From the NCBI GenBank assembly GCA_041484665.1, contig JBGPIA010000012.1, forward strand, positions 32,001 to 96,000: a stretch of DNA of 64,000 nucleotides, given 5' to 3'. Shown one piece after another: positions 58,567 through 64,000 of the stretch. Positions within the stretch are counted from its first letter, which is position 1, and each line of letters opens with the position of its first letter. The notes under the pieces were generated by a model. It saw only the letters and a program-made list of their open reading frames with translations. It ran no database searches and was not told the origin of the DNA. This DNA comes from Candidatus Krumholzibacteriia bacterium (lineage in GTDB: Bacteria > Krumholzibacteriota > Krumholzibacteriia > JAJRXK01). The translations under genes and the position numbers were made by a program.

Positions 58567-59217
58567 TCAGAGCAGATGCTGGCGCAAGGCCAGCGAGACG
58601 GCCTCCAGCTTGCTGTGGACGTCGAGTTTGCGCAGGATGTTCTGGATGTGATTGCGCGTGGTGGTCACGCTGATGAAGAGCGAGTCGGCAATCTCGCGGG
58701 TGCTGGTGCCGTCGGCGAGCATGCGCAGGACCTGCACCTCGCGCACCGTGAGCGGCACCGGCGGCCCCGGCGCGGGATCTCCCTGGCCCTGCCGATCCAC
58801 GACCGGCGCGGGCGAATCGGCCAAGATCCGGCGGATGAGCTCGGTGACATCCCGCCGGCGATCGACCGGCTGCAGAAAGTGGATCACGGAGTACTGCGAC
58901 GCTCGCGGACCCGGAACCACGACGATGGAGAAGCTGGCCGCCATCGTCTCGCCCGATTCCTTGCGAACCTCCAGCTCGAAGTGCCGCACCGTCTCATGAC
59001 GGCGGACCATGTTGATGAGAGCGCACTGCTGGTCGCAGTAGCGATTGCCGAACACGTCAACCCCGCACAGGATATCGTGGCATGGTTTGCCTAGGACGCC
59101 GGCCGCGGAGTAGCCCAGCAGCTCTTCGGCGCTCCTGTTCCAGATGACGACGCGCCCCTGCTCGTCGCTGGCGAATGCGGCGGCGCCGGTGCGGGCGATC
59201 AGGTCGAGGGGATCCAC
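58567..59217 (-). CDS. PAS domain-LuxR HTH transcriptional regulator
   Basis: WNRSAEELLGYS PAS; LTVREVQVLRMLADG...IADSLFISVTTTRNHI. Confidence 0.93.
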   Translation of the reverse strand: MDPLDLIARTGAAAFASDEQGRVVIWNRSAEELLGYSAAGVLGKPCHDILCGVDVFGNRYCDQQCALINMVRRHETVRHFELEVRKESGETMAASFSIVVVPGPRASQYSVIHFLQPVDRRRDVTELIRRILADSPAPVVDRQGQGDPAPGPPVPLTVREVQVLRMLADGTSTREIADSLFISVTTTRNHIQNILRKLDVHSKLEAVSLALRQHLL

Positions 59218-59443
59218 GGGGCCACCTTCTGCCGACCTGCGGCAAGACAGCTTCTTGGCGGGCCCGCACGTCCCAGAGCATCACCCTGGGCAGACTGGCG
59301 GGCGAGCTGAAGACGGGTCGAACCAGGGGATGCAGATTCGAAGCGAACGGGCCTGGGTCGAAGCCGCCGCAAACCGGCGCCCCGACGCTTGAGATCGTAT
59401 CCCCGTGGCGGGATCTTGAACAGGGGTCACTCGGTGCCTGCCT

Positions 59444-61156
59444 CTACCTGGTGGCGGCCAGAATCGTATCGCCAATCGCCGCGATCCCCCTCCAGACCAG
59501 GTGCCCACCGTGCAGTCTCACGACATGCGCCAGTCCGGGCGGGAGGTCGGGGCAGAGCGTGTCCTTCTCCGAGGCGCCGTAGATGCACAGCAGCTTGCGT
59601 CCGCGCAGCTTCTCCACCTCGGGTAGAACGGGCAGCGCGGTGGGGCGCGGGTGGGTGCCCAGCCACTCGGAGATGTGGAACTCGAAGTCCGCCATGTGCG
59701 CGGGGCCAAGCAGGACGATCGAGCGCACGCGGTCGAGCAGGTCGGGTGGAAGCCGGTTGGCCATGAACGCCAGCACATCCGCCCCCAGCGAATAGCCGAT
59801 GAGGATGGCGTGGTCCTTGTTCCAGGCCGTCATGTAGCTGCGCAGGATGCGCTCGAGGTCCTTGGACGCCTCGTCGGGTGTGCGGCGCTTCCAGAAGTAG
59901 TGCAGCGAGCTGAGTCCCACCACGGGGATGCCCTGCCGCACGAAGGCCTTGCTGAGCCCGCGCTCGGTGATGCTCCAGCCTCCGTCGCCGGTGACGATCA
60001 CTGCCAGCTCGTCACTCGCGGCGTGGCCAGCACCAGCGAGTCCCCGCGTGCCTGCTGTGTCCGCCGCGCCTGTCGCGCCTGCGGCGGCCGCCGCGTTCCC
60101 CGCGCCCCCGTCTGCGGTCTCCGGCTCGACCTCCGTCAACGGCAAGTCGCTCAGGTCGTTCGCGCTCGGCGACGGCTGCCCGCCTGCCTGTTGCTCGCCG
60201 GACGGCTGCTGGCCTGAAGGCTGCTCACCCGACCGCTGCTCACCTGACCGCTGCTCAACAGACTGCTCGCCGCTGCTTTGTTGCCCGCCCGACTGCCCGC
60301 CCGACCGCTCCCCGCCCTCGTGCTGGGACGGCGGTTGCCGCACGCCCAGCTGCTCCGCCCCCGGCTCCTGCGCGCCTGACCGGCCGTGGGCCAGCCGATC
60401 GAACGCCTGCTTGAACTGTGGCTCCCAGTTGCGTGGCACGGAGAACCCGTGGCCGACCTTGGGCAACGACACGACCTCGCCGTGGGGAACCTGCGACACA
60501 TACGCCCCGACGGCGGCTGGATCGCACACCTGATCGATCGTGCCCTGCAGCGCGATCCAGGGAACCTCGAGCGACTTGGCTGGCAGGAAGCTGACCCCTT
60601 TGCCCTGCGGTCCGGGGCCCCACTCCAAGCCGCTCCCCTTGCACATCGGCTTGGTCAACGGCAGATCCGGGCAGAAGCCCATGCTGATCGCCCCGCCGAA
60701 GGTATTCGACGGTGCCTGCACGAGTGCCGCGTAGACGAGCGTCGCCCCCGACGAGTACCCCACCAGGATCGGCGTGATGTAGTCGGGGAACCCCATCTCC
60801 TTCTGCGCGAACTTGCTGAGCAGCTCGAAGTCCGACGCCGGATACGAGCATGGCTCGTCGCTTGACTCCAACGCATGCAGGTAGTGGGTGATGTTGACGC
60901 CGACGACGAGCGCGTCCAGGCCGGCCAGCGTGCGTGCCATGTCGACCACGCCGAGGTTCCAGCCGCCGTCACCCGAGACGAACAAGACGACGGCGCTGGG
61001 CTGGGGGACCTGCGAGTAGAGCGTCACCGTCCCGAAGCGCCCGAACTCCAGCGTCTTCTCCGTTGCGCGGGCACGCGACGGGCCGCACAGCGCGATCGGC
61101 GCAGTCAGCAGCAACGCACCCAGCAGCCCCCACCAGCGCCTACGCGTCGGTTCCAC
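59444..61156 (-). CDS. AcvB/VirJ-family hydrolase (tandem alpha/beta domains)
   Basis: SGDGGW / TGDGGW, GYSSGA, GYSLGADV, GGH; SGEQ repeat linker. Confidence 0.88.
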   Translation of the reverse strand: MEPTRRRWWGLLGALLLTAPIALCGPSRARATEKTLEFGRFGTVTLYSQVPQPSAVVLFVSGDGGWNLGVVDMARTLAGLDALVVGVNITHYLHALESSDEPCSYPASDFELLSKFAQKEMGFPDYITPILVGYSSGATLVYAALVQAPSNTFGGAISMGFCPDLPLTKPMCKGSGLEWGPGPQGKGVSFLPAKSLEVPWIALQGTIDQVCDPAAVGAYVSQVPHGEVVSLPKVGHGFSVPRNWEPQFKQAFDRLAHGRSGAQEPGAEQLGVRQPPSQHEGGERSGGQSGGQQSSGEQSVEQRSGEQRSGEQPSGQQPSGEQQAGGQPSPSANDLSDLPLTEVEPETADGGAGNAAAAAGATGAADTAGTRGLAGAGHAASDELAVIVTGDGGWSITERGLSKAFVRQGIPVVGLSSLHYFWKRRTPDEASKDLERILRSYMTAWNKDHAILIGYSLGADVLAFMANRLPPDLLDRVRSIVLLGPAHMADFEFHISEWLGTHPRPTALPVLPEVEKLRGRKLLCIYGASEKDTLCPDLPPGLAHVVRLHGGHLVWRGIAAIGDTILAATR

Positions 61157-61477
61157 GAGTCCCCCTCCTTGCCGTACCGCCCGTCATCCCGGGTCCCGGT
61201 CGCGGGTGTACCAGCGTGCTCGGGTCACGCCGCAGACCGTGCCCGGAACACCCTGCCGACCCGCGTCCATGCCGCGCCGTCGGTCACGCCCCAGCCCCCC
61301 ACGCTAGCACGCCAGCGGCTCGTGCGCCGCCTCGGGCTTGAAGGGGTTGAACGACTTCCTGCGCGGATCGTTCCCCCCGCGGATTCGCCGACCCACGCCG
61401 GGACGACCGACGGGGCACGACCGACGGGGCTCCTGGCAGAGGTGGCTCTCCTGGGGTAGTCTCGCCCCTGCAGGAGG

Positions 61478-64000
61478 ATGGCCTTGGAGAAGACTCTCGC
61501 CCACTACACGGTTTTCGAGCAGATCGGTGCCGGTGGCATGGGCGCTGTGTACCGTGCGCGTGACACGCGCCTGGGACGCGACGTCGCCCTCAAGCTCCTG
61601 CCTCCCGAGATGTTCGCTGACGAGCGAGCCCGCGCGCGCCTGCTGCAGGAGGCCCGCCTCGCTTCGGCGCTGAACCACCCCCACATCTGCACGATCTACG
61701 AGGTCGGCGAGGCGGACGGTCAGACCTACATCGCGATGGAACTGGTACGGGGCCGCCCGTTGAGCGAGCAGATCCCTCCGGAGGGGCTGGCCGCCGAGTC
61801 GGTGCTGCGCTACGGCGCGCAGGTCGCCGATGCGCTGGCGCACGCGCACGACCACGGCATCGTGCACCGCGATCTCAAGGGCGCCAACGTCGTGATCACG
61901 GCGGACGGGCGCGCCAAGGTGCTCGATTTCGGCCTCGCCAAACGCACGGTCGCCGAGTCCGGTGACGAGCCGCTCGGACCCCAGCGCACCGCGCCACCGC
62001 CGTGGCCCAGCTCGCCGGAGCCGCAGCCTACCTCGCCACAGCCGCGGCCCGTGTTCACAGGATCGCCGCCCAATCCCACCGACAGCGGCCTGGTGGTGGG
62101 CACGCCGCAGTACTGGGCGCCCGAGACTTTGCGCGGCGAGGGGGCAAGCGAGCGCAGCGATATCTGGGCGTTGGGTGTCCTGCTCCACCGGATGGCGACG
62201 GGCGGGATGCCGTTCCAGGGGCGCACCCCGTACGACCTCAGCGCCGCGATCCTGCACGAGCAGCTGCCTGCGTTGCCCGCGCGCGTTCCGGCCGGGTTGC
62301 GGGCTGTCATCCAACGCTGCCTGGAGAAGGAGCCCGCGCAGCGTTTCCAGCGCGCGAGCGAGGTCAGAGCGACGCTCGAGATCCTGCAGCACGATCTGCG
62401 GGTGCCGGCGCAGGAGGTGCCTTCGGCGGGGAGGCCGGCGGCGGGGAGGCCCGTTGCCGAGCAGCCAGCCGCGGACCGCCGCTCTCGGATGCGAAGGGGG
62501 GTGCCACTTTTCGCCGCGGCCGTGCTGTTGGTAGTGGTGGCCACGGGCGCGGGCTGGCTCGTTTGGCGGCAGTCTGGGCGGCCGCGGGAGCTCAAGCAAC
62601 GCCAGCTGACCACCGACAGCTCGGACCCGTCCAGCCTCGCGTTCATCTCACCCGATGGCAAGTATCTCGCGGCCGTCGGTCACGCCGGCCTTTCCCTGCG
62701 CGCGATCGACTCTGGCGAGAGCCATCCCCTGACGCTGCCCGAAGGGTTCTCGTTCTCGGGCCTGTTTCCCTTCGCAAGCTGGTTTCCGGACGGGAGCCAG
62801 CTGCTGGTCAGCGGCCACATGGCGGACGAGACGCCCTGCATCTGGGCCATCCCCGTGCTCGGCGGGCGAGCACGCAAGATCCGCGGCGATGGCAGCTTCG
62901 CCACGCTTTCCCGCGATGGCTCGCGCATCGCCTACATGCGCCAGGGGAAGAACGGCGCCGAAATCTGGTGTGCGCGCGTAAGCGGCGAGGACCCGCGGCG
63001 TGTCATCGCCAGCGACTCGACCGGAATGATCCCCGCCTGCCCGGTGTGGTCGCCCAGCGGACAGCGCCTGGCCTATGCCAGGGCCGTGACGGGGCCGCAA
63101 GGCCTCGAGATGCAACTCGAGAGCTGCGACCTCGAGGGGCACCGCCGCCACATCTTCTCGGCCCCGCCCGGGCAGCGGATGCACTACTTCACGGTTCCAG
63201 CCTGGTTGCCCGATGGTCGCCTCGTCTTCGGCCTCTCCGACCCGCCTCCCAGCCAGGGGGATATGAACCTCTGGTCGATGCGGGTGGATCCGCGCTCCGG
63301 CGCTCCTTCTGGCAAGCCGCGCCGCGTCACGCAGTGGCTTAGACTCTCGCTGGTCTGCCCAACCGGGTTCTCGGCAGACGGAAAGCGGCTCACGGTCGGT
63401 ATCGTTGCGTATCAGAGCGACTGCTACATCGGCAGGATCGCGGGCGGCGACTCGCTCTTGCAGGACATCAAGCGATTGACCCGCAGCGATCGGATGGACT
63501 GGCAGCCAGCCTGGACGCCGGACAGCAAGGCGATCCTGTTCGCCTCCAACCGCAACGGCAGCTCGGACATCTTCAGGCAGGCGCTGGACGCGAGTGAGGC
63601 CGAGCCGCTGGTGACGGGACCGGGGGACCAGAGCTGGCCGTGCATCAGCCCCGATGGGAGGTGGATCCTCTACGAGGACTTGGGAAGCGCCAGTGCCGGT
63701 AATCCTGCGCCCACGGCGCGCCTGATGCGCTTGCCGGTCGCCGGGGGTCCACCGGAAGCCGTACTCGACATGCAGCCCACCGCAGGGTATTGCTGCGCGG
63801 CGCACCCGGCTCCGGGCGCCACGCGGGCTTCGCTCTGCGTGCTGAGCGAGATGCAGGGCGCAGACATGGTCTTCATGGCCTTCGATCCGCTGCTCGGCCG
63901 GGGACGGGAGCTGACGCGCGTCCGTGCGGAGGTCGGCTCACCCTGGGATCTCTCGCCGGATGGGGCCGCCCTGGCGATCGTGGTGCAGGACTCGGTGGCA
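61478..64000 (+). CDS. Ser/Thr kinase with TM and TolB/PD40-like propeller (runs off right edge)
   Basis: Manual translation: IGAGGMGAVYRARDTRLGRDVALK, HRDLKGAN, DFGLAK; SPDG/WSP repeats. Confidence 0.9.
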   Translation, partial: MALEKTLAHYTVFEQIGAGGMGAVYRARDTRLGRDVALKLLPPEMFADERARARLLQEARLASALNHPHICTIYEVGEADGQTYIAMELVRGRPLSEQIPPEGLAAESVLRYGAQVADALAHAHDHGIVHRDLKGANVVITADGRAKVLDFGLAKRTVAESGDEPLGPQRTAPPPWPSSPEPQPTSPQPRPVFTGSPPNPTDSGLVVGTPQYWAPETLRGEGASERSDIWALGVLLHRMATGGMPFQGRTPYDLSAAILHEQLPALPARVPAGLRAVIQRCLEKEPAQRFQRASEVRATLEILQHDLRVPAQEVPSAGRPAAGRPVAEQPAADRRSRMRRGVPLFAAAVLLVVVATGAGWLVWRQSGRPRELKQRQLTTDSSDPSSLAFISPDGKYLAAVGHAGLSLRAIDSGESHPLTLPEGFSFSGLFPFASWFPDGSQLLVSGHMADETPCIWAIPVLGGRARKIRGDGSFATLSRDGSRIAYMRQGKNGAEIWCARVSGEDPRRVIASDSTGMIPACPVWSPSGQRLAYARAVTGPQGLEMQLESCDLEGHRRHIFSAPPGQRMHYFTVPAWLPDGRLVFGLSDPPPSQGDMNLWSMRVDPRSGAPSGKPRRVTQWLRLSLVCPTGFSADGKRLTVGIVAYQSDCYIGRIAGGDSLLQDIKRLTRSDRMDWQPAWTPDSKAILFASNRNGSSDIFRQALDASEAEPLVTGPGDQSWPCISPDGRWILYEDLGSASAGNPAPTARLMRLPVAGGPPEAVLDMQPTAGYCCAAHPAPGATRASLCVLSEMQGADMVFMAFDPLLGRGRELTRVRAEVGSPWDLSPDGAALAIVVQDSVA

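Overview
This is a GC-rich window from a diderm bacterium. Many secreted proteins carry FlgD-Ig/T9SS-like C-terminal domains, an SWGxVK tail or a dockerin-like tail, which suggests an FCB-group lineage such as Eisenbacteria/Krumholzibacteriota/Latescibacterota (inference). There are four blocks. (1) 1-20.7 kb: a LacI-associated beta-glucan (probably beta-1,2-glucan) utilisation locus with a CBM9-like protein, GH94, GH1, GH144, a sugar ABC transporter, an uncharacterised discoidin+(alpha/alpha)6 enzyme and two APC permeases. (2) 20.8-27 kb: a TPR protein and two TonB paralogues with unusual N-terminal extensions. (3) 27-49 kb: an accessory island of secreted proteins, a Ser/Thr kinase with an ECF sigma factor, a full-length group II intron inserted in one copy of a diverged direct repeat, and probable phage-gene debris. 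(4) 49.4-59.2 kb, the most striking block: one co-oriented cluster encoding a Cyc2-like cytochrome-porin, a cupredoxin, an NAD(P)-linked Fe-S flavoprotein, Rieske, cytochrome b6, subunit IV, an octaheme and a monoheme cytochrome c. It is preceded by a lux-box-like palindrome and a Cys-rich PAS-LuxR regulator, and is a candidate electron conduit from the outer membrane to NAD(P). The window ends with an AcvB/VirJ gene and a truncated kinase-propeller gene. All family calls come from motif recognition by eye; no searches were run.
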